A stretch of 64,000 nt of DNA, from contig CATNEN010000011.1 of assembly GCA_950097015.1 (NCBI GenBank), forward strand, positions 5,022,001 through 5,086,000, read 5' to 3'. Made by a program: the position numbers and the translations under genes. Under the pieces are notes generated by a model. That model ran no database searches. It was not told the DNA's origin and worked only from the letters and a program-made list of their open reading frames with translations. The stretch is from Macrostomum hystrix (Eukaryota > Animalia > Platyhelminthes). Shown in pieces: positions 24,580 through 37,011 of the stretch (its first letter is position 1; every line of letters begins with the position of its first letter).

Positions 24580-25900
24580 GCTCTTACTATCAATATCTTA
24601 GTATCCTGCTCTTATAATCCAGCTCTTATTATCCAAGCTCTTATAATCCAGCTCTTATTATCCAAGCTCTTATAATCCAGCTCTTATTATCCAAGCTCTT
24701 ATAATCCAGCTCTTATTATCCAAGCTCTTATAATCCAGCTCTTATTATCCAAGCTCTTATAATCCAGCTCTTATTATCCAAGCTCTTGTAATCCAGCTCT
24801 TATTATCCAAGCTCTTATAATCCAGCTCTTATTATCCAAGCTCTTATTATCCAAGCTCTTATAATCCAGCTCTTATTATCCAAGCTCTTATAATCCAGCT
24901 CTTATTATCCAAGCTCTTATAATCCAGCTCTTATTATCCAAGCTCTTATAATCCAGCTCTTATTATCCAAGCTCTTATAATCCAGCTCTTATTATCCAAG
25001 CTCTTATAATCCAGCTCTTATTATCCAAGCTCTTGTAATCCAGCTCTTATTATCCAAGCTCTTATAATCCAGCTCTTATTATCCAAGCTCTTATAATCCA
25101 GCTCTTATTATCCAAGCTCTTATAATCCAGCTCTTATTATCCAGCTCTTATTATCCAAGCTCTTATAATCCAGCTCTTATAATCCAGCTCTTATTATCCA
25201 AGCTCTTATAATCCAGCTCTTATAATCCAGCTCTTATTATCCAAGCTCTTATAATCCAGCTCTTATTATCCAAGCTCTTATAATCCAGCTCTTATAATCC
25301 AGCTCTTATTATCCAAGCTCTTATTATCCAAGCTCTTATTATCCAAGCTCTTATAATCCAGCTCTTATTATCCAAGCTCTTATAATCCAGCTCTTATAAT
25401 CCAGCTCTTATTATCCAAGCTCTTATAATCCAGCTCTTATAATCCAGCTCTTATTATCCAAGCTCTTATAATCCAGCTCTTATTATCCAAGCTCTTATAA
25501 TCCAGCTCTTATAATCCAGCTCTTATTATCCAAGCTCTTATTATCCAAGCTCTTATTATCCAAGCTCTTATAATCCAGCTCTTATTATCCAAGCTCTTAT
25601 TATCCAAGCTCTTATAATCCAGCTCTTATTATCCAAGCTCTTATAATCCAGCTCTTATAATCCAGCTCTTATTATCCAGCTCTTATTATCCAAGCTCTTA
25701 TAATCCAGCTCTTATAATCCAGCTCTTATTATCCAAGCTCTTATAATCCAGCTCTTATTATCCAAGCTCTTATAATCCAGCTCTTATTATCCAAGCTCTT
25801 ATAATCCAGCTCTTATAATCCAGCTCTTATTATCCAAGCTCTTGTAATCCAGCTCTTATTATCCAAGCTCTTATAATCCAGCTCTTATTATCCAAGCTCT
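24580..25900. repeat. 29-bp (14+15) minisatellite (ccagctcttattatccaagctcttataat)n
   Basis: Direct reading. Confidence 0.95.
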
Positions 25901-26449
25901 ATTATGAGGCTCTTAAAAGCGTTAGAAGGCCTAAAAGGGTTAAAATGGTGCTTTCAAGGCATGTTTTGGCTTGTTACCAGGCAGGCATGAAGCGTCATTT
26001 CCTGTTTTCAGTCCAAGGTTTTAAATTTGTAAGCATCCTAAAATAAGGTTAAATTATGGATGCATCGCAATGACCATTTTAGAAGACTTATTACAATATA
26101 GGAACTTGCGCTGTACAGTTTTTTATAGTGCAAAGGTTTCATTTCTTAGCTCCATGTTCTGTTCAGCATGCTCTCCACTCTTAAGGCTTGAGAACGTACA
26201 AAATTAACAGCTGGCTGTTCGTAATATGCTAAGCTATGCTAGCTAGATTCCGTCTGTGCAAGGTGTGGTGCCTGGTTTTCTTAATCTATTTTTAGCCTCA
26301 CACATCATAGATCTCGAATGTACACTCGAGCGTACACTGTAATTTTTTAAGAAAATATCAAAGTTCTTTTTTAACACTCGCACAACAAAGCTAGTCTCTG
26401 GTGTCGTTACAGTAATTAATCAAAGTAAAGCTTCTTTAACTTTAGGATG

Positions 26450-27428
26450 CTCTCATCTGTTTTATATATCGCCCGTATCTCATCTTTCCCGTGTCTCATC
26501 TCTCCCCTTTCTCATTTCTCCCGTGTCTCATCTCTCCCGTGTCTCATCTCTCCCCTTTCTCATTTCTCCCGTGTCTCATCTCTCCCGTGTCTCATCTCTC
26601 CCCTTTCTCATTTCTCCCGTGTCTCATCTCTCCCGTGTCTCATCTCTCCCCTTTCTCATTTCTCCCGTGTCTCATCTCTCCCGTGTCTCATCTCTCCCGT
26701 GTTTCATCTCTCCCATGTCTCATCTCTCCCCTTTCTCATTTCTCCCGTCTCTCATCTCTCCCGTGTTTCATCTCTCCCATGTCTCATCTCTCCCCTTTCT
26801 CATTTCTCCCGTGTCTCATCTCTCACCTTTCTCATTTCTCCCATGTCTCATCTCTCCCCTTTCTCATTTCTCCCGTCTCTCATCTCTCCCGTGTTTCATC
26901 TCTCCCATGTCTCATCTCTCCCCTTTCTCATTTCTCCCGTCTCTCATCTCTCCCGTGTTTCATCTCTCCCATGTCTCATCTCTCCCCTTTCTCATTTCTC
27001 CCGTGTCTCATCTCTCCCGTGTCTCATTTCTCCCCTGTCTCATCTCTACCGTGTCTCATCTCTCCCCTTTCTCATTTCTCCGTGTATCGTCTCTTTCGTG
27101 TCTCATTTCTCCCCTGCCTCATCTCTCCCCTGTCTCATCTCTCACCTTTCTCATTTCTCCGTGTATCGTCTCTCGTGTCTTATCTCTCCCCTTTCTCATT
27201 TCTCCGTGTATCGTCTCTCTCGTGTCTCATCTCTCCCCTTTCTCATTTCTCTCTGTATCGTCTCTCCCGTGTCTCATCTCTCCCCTTTCTCATTTCTCCC
27301 TGTATCGTCTCTCCCGTGTCTCATCTCTCCCCTTTCTCATTTCTCTCTGTATCGTCTCTCCCGTGTCTCATCTCTCCCCTTTCTCATTTCTCCCTGTATC
27401 GTCTCTCTCGTGTCTCATCTCTCCTCTG
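26450..27428 (+). repeat. 15-16-bp pyrimidine minisatellite with core TGTCTCATCTCTCCC (left arm)
   Basis: Direct reading; reverse complement of the array at 30790-31786. Confidence 0.95.
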
Positions 27429-27891
27429 CCTTAATACGATTAATCGAGGCACATAAATATGCAGAAAAAACAGAAATTTTACACTGGACATCTATCGCTT
27501 CTTTACTGTAGTCCGTGAATCCGTGGATCCATGGATAATAAAATCTTTTTTACGAGTGTTTTTCCTAAAAGTGTTTTTCCTGCCTAGTCGCTGAATAAAG
27601 TTACCTTCGACTGAAAACTAGAATATTTTAGATCTAGATCTAAAAACTTTAATATCCAAGTTTAGTTTTCGCTTGAAAAATGCCTAAGCAGTGTAAAATT
27701 ATGGATGTGAACACCAATACAGTTGTATACTAAGAGTCACGCCAGTGTACAGTGTACAAAAGTCTTGAATTTACTTGAGATTTCCTGCAGATGCGTACAA
27801 ATTCTATTTTTAGCACGGTATTTCCGTGGGCTGGCCATAGTTTGGCTCCTTGTTTTGTTTGGGTTTAAATAGCGCATGTGTTCAAGCAGCA

Positions 27892-30385
27892 ATGTACGAG
27901 CGTATCATCCATTACGGAATCAGAAAAGCAGCAGTTATGGAATACGATGGAGTCAGGCCTGCCTACCAGCTCATGGACGGCTGTTCATCAGCAGAAGGAT
28001 ATTCCAAGTATGAAATAGTACGCGAAAATTTTCAAGGCAGCAGCCACGACTTTAAGAGAGGAGCCTTTGAGGCCTCGTCATCATCGGGACTCGACAGCCG
28101 GGCACCCGACTGGCATGAAGTGTTTCTGCAGACAACCAGCAGTCAGGGCGATGATGCCCCATCGATAATCATCTGTAGGCTAAGCTTAGCATGCGCACTT
28201 AAACAGCAGGTCATTTTCACACTGTTTAAGAAGGCTCTACTAGACCAGAAGAGTGAGCGGCGCCGCTTGAAGCTGCGAGCCCAAAAACTGGTCAAAATGG
28301 CAGCCAACATTGAATTGGACAAACAAGCCACCGAGTCTTTAATGAAGAATCTTCTACAGATAAGCCATAACTATTCATCATCAAATCTTCATCAAGGAGC
28401 TTCTGATGGCTCAGCGGCTTCGAAATCATATCAGCTGTGTCCCAGAATTCGTTACTACAGAGTGCAGCAGCAGCAGCAGCAGCCGCCGCAGAGACAGCAG
28501 TTCGAAATTTTACAATTCTCTAATCGGCAATTCGACGCGGCTCGCTACAGCCCAGCTGAATTGGCGTCAGATCTCGCAGACATGCGCTTTGAAGCCAATC
28601 GGCTGCTCAGTCTGCAGCTTCCAGCAGTCTGGACCGGTCGGCTTAGCGGGCAGATTCAGCGGCAGCTGGCCAGGACAGGCTGGTTTCTTGGAAAGGAGCA
28701 GAACACCATTCGCTGCGCATTCTGCTACGGTTCGTTGAATTCGGCCACTGTCGATACATACCTGGCTAACTATCACCTTGGCGAACTGGAGGACAACGGC
28801 TGGTGGGCTTTGAGAATGCACCTGGACCAATTCGCCACCTGTCCAATGATGCTGTGCCTACAGGTGGGCAACCGACCCTGCTGTGAGACTAAAGGAGAGA
28901 AATCGTATGGTGAGTCTCATAAATAATAATTGCAGGAGGGCTGCGGGCAATGGCACATTATTTGGTGACACTAGTCCCGCAGCCAGCGAGGTGGCAATTC
29001 TGCCCATTTCGCTGACTCCTGAGCACACACTCACACAGGTGTGTTCATCTGTCCTGACTTTCTCATCGTCAGGTAGTGCACACTCTCACTGTGCCTTGGA
29101 GGCTGGTCCTCAAGGGCGGACAATGCACTACAAGCCGCCAAGCCTCTTGGTAGACCTCTTGGTTATGAGAGACATTGAGCCACACTTGACCCAGCCAACA
29201 ATTTCCTTCCGCTGAGCAGATGGAAGAGCTGTGAGCAGCCCCGTGGCATGCCAAGAAGAGGCCAATCCGGAAGCCTTGGACAGCTGGCGTCAAGCTGCCG
29301 ATGCGCCATCGTCGGAGGCCGAAGGCCGGCTGCAGCTCCGCCTCCGCTGCGGACTGCCAACAGCGTCCCTAGCAACGGCCAAGTCAGCCTGCGACCCCAG
29401 AGCCGACCTCAACCTGCAGCTGCTTGAGCAGAGCCTGACGGTAACCGCCAGTGTCAGTTACCCGATGAGCCACCCGGAGATGTCTGATCTGGACCTGCGG
29501 TTGGCTTCGCTAGTCAAGGCGGCGTCGTTGCCACCGTCAGTGCACGACATGAGGGACGGAGGTCAGGAGCTCAGTGCATCCGCGCAGCTACCACCGGATG
29601 TTGTAGCCAGTGCCGGCTTCTTCTGCTCCGATGAGCGCAAAGCCGACCTGCTGACCTGCTTCTGGTGCGGCATCCAGCTGCGCCACTGGCTGCCAACTGA
29701 CGAGCCGTGGGTCGAGCACGCGCGGTGGTCGCCTCGCTGCTGCCACCTGCTGCTGGAGCGCGGCTCCAAGTTTGTTCTCGAAGTCAGGCGCCTGCATCCG
29801 CCGTACCTACCTGAAGGCGTCGAGTTGACGCCCGCGTCGGCTCAGCCCGACAATGCGACGCCGAAGACAAACTTGAACAAGTCCACGACGTCAGTGCGAA
29901 GCGCCGTCATTTACTGCATCGAGCCGCGACTCCTACGAGCTCGCGAAGACACACACGGCCTGTGCATTGTTCGACGCCTTTTGGATCACAACGACGCCAG
30001 GACGGCTATGGCAGAGCAGCTTCGCCTCTACGGTGACGACTTTGCGACAAGCCAGATGCTGCTGTCTGCGTGCTTGGCGGTGCAACGGCAGCGTCAGCCG
30101 CTAGGGCTCAGCGCGCTGCAGTACCACGACAGGCGCACAGCGGAGCTGGATCAAGTACTCCAGGTAGACGCAGTCCCTCTAGACATTGACTCGGAAATGG
30201 ACTGGCGCGCCTGCAAGGTGTGCATGGACCGCCAGATCAATGTCATCCTGATAGACTGCAAACATTTTTGCTGCTGCTCAAACTGCTGCAGATCCTTGAG
30301 CAGCTGTCCGCTGTGTCGAGCCCCAATTCGAGCTATTCTTCTCATCCGCAATGATGAAGATAATCTCACAGAGCCTAACGTTTGA
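27892..30385 (+). CDS. Inhibitor of apoptosis protein (BIR-BIR-RING), about 727 aa, 2 exons
   Basis: Exons 27892-28909 and 29220-30385, joined by a phase-1 intron (G|gtgagt ... gagcag|AT). Divergent BIR1 CAFC..H-x6-C; canonical BIR2 CFWC-x16-H-x6-C; C-terminal RING CKVC...CKH..CSNC..CPLCR. The start codon is the first in-frame ATG and is unverified. Confidence 0.9.
28921..29148 (-). mobile_element. tRNA-derived SINE, 5'-truncated, in the IAP intron
   Basis: Reverse complement of the SINE body, 3' stem and AAT-type tail. Confidence 0.85.
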
Positions 30386-30789
30386 GTCGTTTGAGTAATC
30401 ATAACTGATAGCTTTGCCAGCTGGCCGAATAATATGAGCTCGAGAATAAGTGCAATTGAATTGCAAATTCTGTTTTCCAACTACTAAATAGAACTAAGTA
30501 TTAGTACCATGTTTCGTTTTAAAATCCCATCACATATTCAGTTTATATTAGCCTAATCAGACTAACATACGAGCGCGTAAGCATAAACTTCATTTAACTC
30601 AAGGCAGTTATGTACTGTATTTGTCTAGCTATTACCGCTGTACATTTGCATCCGCTTTGTAAAATGGTAAAATCGACACTGCTTAGATAAACCGGAAATT
30701 ATTAACGATTAAACATTTTATAAAGAGTTTATGATCTTATTTGCTTTGCAAGCCAAAGACAGAATTCAAAAGACGACAGCGGATTGGAC

Positions 30790-31786
30790 TGACAGGGGAG
30801 AGCTGAGACATAGGAGAGATGATACAGAGGAGAGATGATACAGGGGAGAGATGAGACAGGGAGAGATGAGACAGGGGAGATGAGACAGGGGAGAGATGAG
30901 ACAGGGAGAGATGAGACAGGGAGAGATGAGACAGGGAGAGATGAGACAGGGAGAGATGAGACAGGGAGAGATGAGACAGGGAGAGATGAGACAACGGAGA
31001 GATGAGACAGGGGAGAGATGAGACAGGGGAGAGATGAGACAGGGGAGAGATGAGACAGGGAGAGATGAGACAGAGAGAGATGAGACAGGGAGAGATGAGA
31101 CAGGGAGAGATGAGACAGAGAGAGATGAGACAGGCAGAGATGAGACAGGGAGAGATGAGACAGGGAGAGATGAGACAGGGAGAGATGAGACAGGGAGAGA
31201 TGAGACAGGGAGAGATGAGACAGGGAGAGATGAGACAGGGAGAGATGAGACAGGGAGAGATGAGACAGGGAGAGATGAGACAGGGAGAGATGAGACAGGG
31301 AGAGATGAGACAACGGAGAGATGAGACAGGGGAGAGATGAGACAGGGGAGAGATGAGACAGGGGAGAGATGAGACAGGGAGAGATGAGACAGAGAGAGAT
31401 GAGACAGTGGAGAGATGAGACAGGGAGAGATGAGACAGGGAGAGATGAGACAGGGGAGAGATGAGACAGGGGAGAGATGAGACAGGGGAGAGATGAGACA
31501 GGGAGAGATGAGACAGAGGAGATGAGACAGGGAGAGATGAGACAGGGAGAGATGAGACAGGGAGAGATGAGACAGGGAGAGATGAGACAGGGAGAGATGA
31601 GACAGGGAGAGATGAGACAGGGAGAGATGAGACAGGGAGAGATGAGACAGGGAGAGATGAGACAGGGAGAGATGAGACAGGGAGAGATGAGACAGGGAGA
31701 GATGAGACAGGGAGAGATGAGACAGGGAGAGATGAGACAGGGAGAGATGAGATAGGGAGAGTTAAGTCACGGAAGAGATGAGACAC
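30790..31786 (-). repeat. 15-16-bp purine minisatellite (gggagagatgagaca)n (right arm, inverted relative to 26450-27428)
   Basis: Direct reading. Confidence 0.95.
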
Positions 31787-32229
31787 CAGATTGATGCCCG
31801 CGTTTTGCTACTAAAACATGGTTGAGTAGTGTCAAGAAGAAATATTATACTATCGTTGGTGTAATGCTACTTGTTAGACCTTAAACTCTCACCCCAATCT
31901 TCCCATGACATGCAACAGGTTCTTTGACTCCATAACTTCGTCTTTGAATTACGCAGATGTGCTTTGTGACACTGAAGTTTAATGTAGCCAACATTTTTTT
32001 CATTTGCTACAGTGACTTTTTGATCTGCTTCAAAAAATTATTGATATATTTTCAATAGTTGGGTCATTTCAGCTGATTTTGTCCAAATTAGGATTCGATA
32101 GGCGGACTTAACAGAACATCTACCTCTTTGAACTCTGACCTTGCTGTCACCTTCTGAGTTTACTTAAAATTTTATTTTCTCTTAAACTTCTTGACTTGAT
32201 TAATCTACCCATTCTTTTATTTTGCCGGA

Positions 32230-35100
32230 AACAGCTAGAATCGCAGCAAGTAAACTGGCAAGAATCGAAGCAGGAATCGTAGCTAAAATCGCAGCAGTAA
32301 ACGCAGCGAGAATCGGAGCAGGAATCGTAGCTGGAATCGCAGCAGGAAACGTAGCGAGAATTGCAGCAGGAAACGTAGCGAGAATCGCAACAGCAAAGGT
32401 AGCGAGAATCGCAGCAGGAAACGTAGAGAGAATCGCAACAGGAAACGTAGCGAGAATCGCAGCAGGAATCGTAGCTGGAATCGCAGCAGGAAACGCAGCG
32501 AGAATCGGAGCAGGAATCGTAGCTGGAATCGCAGCAGGAAACGTAGCGAGAATTGCAGCAGGAAACGTAGCGAGAATCGCAACAGCAAAGGTAGCGAGAA
32601 TCGCAGCAGGAAACGTAGAGAGAATCGCAACAGGAAACGTAGCGAGAATCGCAGCAGGAATCGTAGCTGGAATCGCAGCAGGAATCGTAGCGAGAATTGC
32701 AGCAGGAAACGTAGCTAGAATCGCAGCAGGAAACGTAGCGAGAATCGCAGCAGGAAACGTAGAGAGAATCGCGGCAGGAAATGCAGCTAGAATCGCATTA
32801 CGAAACGTTGCAAAAATCGTAGCAGGAAACGTAGCGAGAATCGCAACAGGAAACGTAGCGAGAATCGCAGCAGGAAACGTAGCGAGAATCGCAGCAGGAA
32901 ACGTAGCGAGAATCGCAGCAGGAAACGTAGCGAGAATAGTGGCAGGAAACGTAGCTAGAATCGCATTACGAAACGTTGCTAAAATCGCAGCAGGAAACGT
33001 AGCGAGAATCGCGGCAGGAAACGTAGCGAGAATCGCAGCAGGAAACGTAGCGAGAATCGCAGCAGGAAACGTAGCGAGAATCGCAGCAGGAAACGTAGCG
33101 AGAATAGTGGCAGGAAACGTAGCTAGAATCGCATTACGAAACGTTGCTAAAATCGCAGCAGGAAACGTAGCGAGAATCGCGGCAGGAAACGTAGCGAGAA
33201 TCGCAGCAGGAAACGTAGCGAGAATCGCAGCAGGAAACGTAGCGAGAATCGCATTACGAAACGTAGCGAGAATCGCAGCAGGAAACGTAGCGAGAATCGC
33301 AGCAGGAAACGTAGCGAGAATCGCAGCAGGAATCGTAGCTAAAATCGCAGCAGGAAACGCAGCGAGAATCGGAGCAGGAAACATAGCTAAAATCGCAGCA
33401 GTAAACGTAGCGAGAATCGCAGCAGGAAAAGTAGCGAGAATCGCAGCAGGAAACGTAGAGAGAATCGCGGCAGGAAACGTAGCTAGAATCGCATTACGAA
33501 ACGTAGCGAGAATCGCAGCAGGAAACGTAGCGAGAATCGCAGCAGGAAACGTAGCGAGAATCGCAGCAGGAAACGTAGCAAGAATCGCAGCAGGAAACGT
33601 AGCGAGAATCGCAGCAGGAAACGTAGCGAGAATCGCAGCAGGAAACGTAGAGAGAATCGCGGCAGGAAACGTAGCTAGAATCGCATTACGAAACGTAGCG
33701 AGAATCGCAGCAGGAAACGTAGCGAGAATCGCAGCAGGAAACGTAGCGAGAATCGCAGCAGGAAACGTAGCAAGAATCGCAGCAGGAAACGTAGCGAGAA
33801 TCGCAGCAGGAAACGTAGCGAGAATCGCGGCAGGAAACGTAGCTAGAATCGCATTACGAAACGTAGCTAGAATCGCAGCAGGAAACGTAGCGAGAATCGC
33901 AGCAGGAAACGTAGAGAGAATCGCGGCAGGAAATGCAGCTAGAATCGCATTACGAAACGTTGCAAAAATCGTAGCAGGAAACGTAGCGAGAATCGCAACA
34001 GGAAACGTAGCGAGAATCGCAGCAGGAAACGTAGCGAGAATCGCAGCAGGAAACGTAGCGAGAATCGCAGCAGGAAACGTAGCGAGAATAGTGGCAGGAA
34101 ACGTAGCTAGAATCGCATTACGAAACGTTGCTAAAATCGCAGCAGGAAACGTAGCGAGAATCGCGGCAGGAAACGTAGCGAGAATCGCAGCAGGAAACGT
34201 AGCGAGAATCGCAGCAGGAAACGTAGCGAGAATTGCAGCAGGAAACGTAGCGAGAATAGTGGCAGGAAACGTAGCTAGAATCGCATTACGAAACGTTGCT
34301 AAAATCGCAGCAGGAAACGTAGCGAGAATCGCGGCAGGAAACGTAGCGAGAATCGCAGCAGGAAACGTAGCGAGAATCGCAGCAGGAAACGTAGCGAGAA
34401 TCGCATTACGAAACGTAGCGAGAATCGCAGCAGGAAACGTAGCGAGAATCGCAGCAGGAAACGTAGCGAGAATCGCAGCAGGAATCGTAGCTAAAATCGC
34501 AGCAGGAAACGCAGCGAGAATCGGAGCAGGAAACATAGCTAAAATCGCAGCAGTAAACGTAGCGAGAATCGCAGCAGGAAAAGTAGCGAGAATCGCAGCA
34601 GGAAACGTAGAGAGAATCGCGGCAGGAAACGTAGCTAGAATCGCATTACGAAACGTAGCGAGAATCGCAGCAGGAAACGTAGCGAGAATCGCAGCAGGAA
34701 ACGTCGCGAGAATCGCAGCAGGAAACGTAGCAAGAATCGCAGCAGGAAACGTAGCGAGAATCGCAGCAGGAAACGTAGCGAGAATCGCAGCAGGAAACGT
34801 AGAGAGAATCGCGGCAGGAAACGTAGCTAGAATCGCATTACGAAACGTAGCGAGAATCGCAGCAGGAAACGTAGCGAGAATCGCAGCAGGAAACGTAGCG
34901 AGAATCGCAGCAGGAAACGTAGCAAGAATCGCAGCAGGAAACGTAGCGAGAATCGCAGCAGGAAACGTAGCGAGAATCGCAGCAGGAAACGTAGCAAGAA
35001 TCGCAGCAGGAAACGTAGCGAGAATAGCAGCAGGAAACGTAGCGAGAATCGCAGCAGGAAACGTAGCGAGAATCGCAGCAGGAATCGTAGCTGGAGTCGC
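32230..35100. repeat. 24-bp minisatellite (atcgcagcaggaaacgtagcgaga)n, about 120 units, with a 1152-bp higher-order duplication
   Basis: Marker variant agagagaatcgcggcaggaaatgcagctag occurs at 32761 and 33913. Confidence 0.95.
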
Positions 35101-35374
35101 AAGAGTTAATTATAGTCTACTTCCAGGGACACAGAATATGCTGCAAGGATGCATGGTAAAGAATGAAAAAAAAACGTTTTAATTATTATTAATTCGTCGG
35201 CAATTGGCATGCAAGGTATGAACTCTATGTGGTCGACTCAAAGTTCAGCGGCTTTTGCAATTGTTTTTAGGCTGCATCAATTTTAAAAGCTCAGCTTCAG
35301 ATATGTCAAAAAAGTACTTTTAAAAATCTAATCAAATAAACACCATAGGGAAGCTTAAGAAAGACTTTTAATCC

Positions 35375-35925
35375 GCTAAATCCCAAATACTGTGAAACTT
35401 AAATACTGTGAATCCCAAATACTGTGAATCCCAAATACTGTGAATCCCAAATACTGTGAATATCAAATACTGTGAATATCAAATACTGTGAATATCAACT
35501 GTGAATCCCAAATACTGTGAATCCCAAATGCTGTGAATCCCAAATACTGTGAATATCAAATACTGTGAATCCCAAATACTGTAAATCCCAAATGCTGTGA
35601 ATCCCAAATACTGTGAATCCCAAATGCTGTGAATCCCAAATACTGTGAATCCCAAATACTGTGAATATCAAATACTGTGAATATCAAATACTGTGAATAT
35701 CAACAGTGAATCCCAAATACTGTGAATCCCAAATACTGTGAATCCCAAATACTGTGAATATCAAATACTTTGAATCCTAAATACTGTGAATCCCAAATAC
35801 TGTGAATCCCAAATGCTGTGAATCCCAAATACTGTGAATCCCAAATACTGTGAATTCCAAATACTGTGAATCCCAAATACTGTGAATCCCAAATACTGTG
35901 AATCCCAAATACTGTGAATATCAAA
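35375..35925. repeat. 16-bp minisatellite (atcccaaatactgtga)n
   Basis: Direct reading. Confidence 0.95.
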
Positions 35926-36639
35926 CCCTCTCCCAAATCCTCCGAGTCCCGAATCCTCCTGACATGGCAATAGATATGCATGTGATTATTTAAGGAGTCC
36001 TTTAAGAACGATTACACGACACAATAAATATCCCCTCAAAGCAGGGAATATCGTTTCTTAGCCTAGCACTATTAACAAATCCCATTTGAACTGATTGTAT
36101 AAGAAGCCCAATTTCCTTTAGCTCATTGGAAAATGTTTCAGCCAATCAGATTATGCAAAGTAATGCAGTAGTCTAAGATATGTTGGATTGTGTATTTTAT
36201 CTAATTTGGCCACTGTCCTTGTTAGCTAAACCATAAAACAGTTTCACTAATTTGAGTAGCCCAGAAAGCTAAAACTACGCGAGACGCAAATGAAATTAAT
36301 CTCGATTGAGAAGTGAGCGTTTGAGCGATGTGTACAAAGATCTAGCTTATCAGGTTTATGGATAAGCTAAGAGTTTTATTAATAATAATTCGTGAAATGT
36401 TTTCAGATCACACTTATAAGAATACCGCACTAAGAATACCGCTCTTATAGTTGAGTGAGTAAAAAAATCGAGTTTTTAGCACTAGTGGCCATAGCTACTG
36501 GTTTCTGAGAGCGGCTGTGACTGTTCTAATATATTGTACAGCGATGTACGAGTAAACTGCTTCCACAGCATTGGTTGGCCTAGAATTAGGGTCGATATTG
36601 AAATAAAATATTGAACAAACGAATTTCTATCCCTCCTAT

Positions 36640-36880
36640 CACGTGACCAATGTTTTTCACGTGACTAACATCACGTGACTTGCATCACGTAACTAACATC
36701 ACATGATTTGCATCACGTGACTTACATCACGTGACTAACATCACATGGCTAACATCACGTGACTTGCATCACGTGACTAACATCACGTGACTTGCATCAC
36801 GTGACTAACATCACATGACTTGCATCACGTGACTTACATTAAGTGACTAACATAATGTTTCTTCTAGCATCAGGTGACTA
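36640..36880. repeat. 14-bp minisatellite (catcacgtgactaa/ttg)n containing E-boxes
   Basis: About 10 perfect TCACGTGAC motifs. Confidence 0.9.
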
Positions 36881-37011
36881 ACAAACAGTCTCAATCAAAG
36901 TGTGAGTACAGATTCCATCGCTTTTAAGCAAATATAAAAATTCAAACATTGATACAAAAATACAATCACAAGGAATGTAAAAGACAGCCTGTCACATTTG
37001 TCATTTAGTAG

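Noticed and set aside
26447-27511. 300-350-aa Ser/Leu ORFs in three frames (also 30729-31786)
   Set aside because: Stop-free satellite units; all frames are open and there are no domains.
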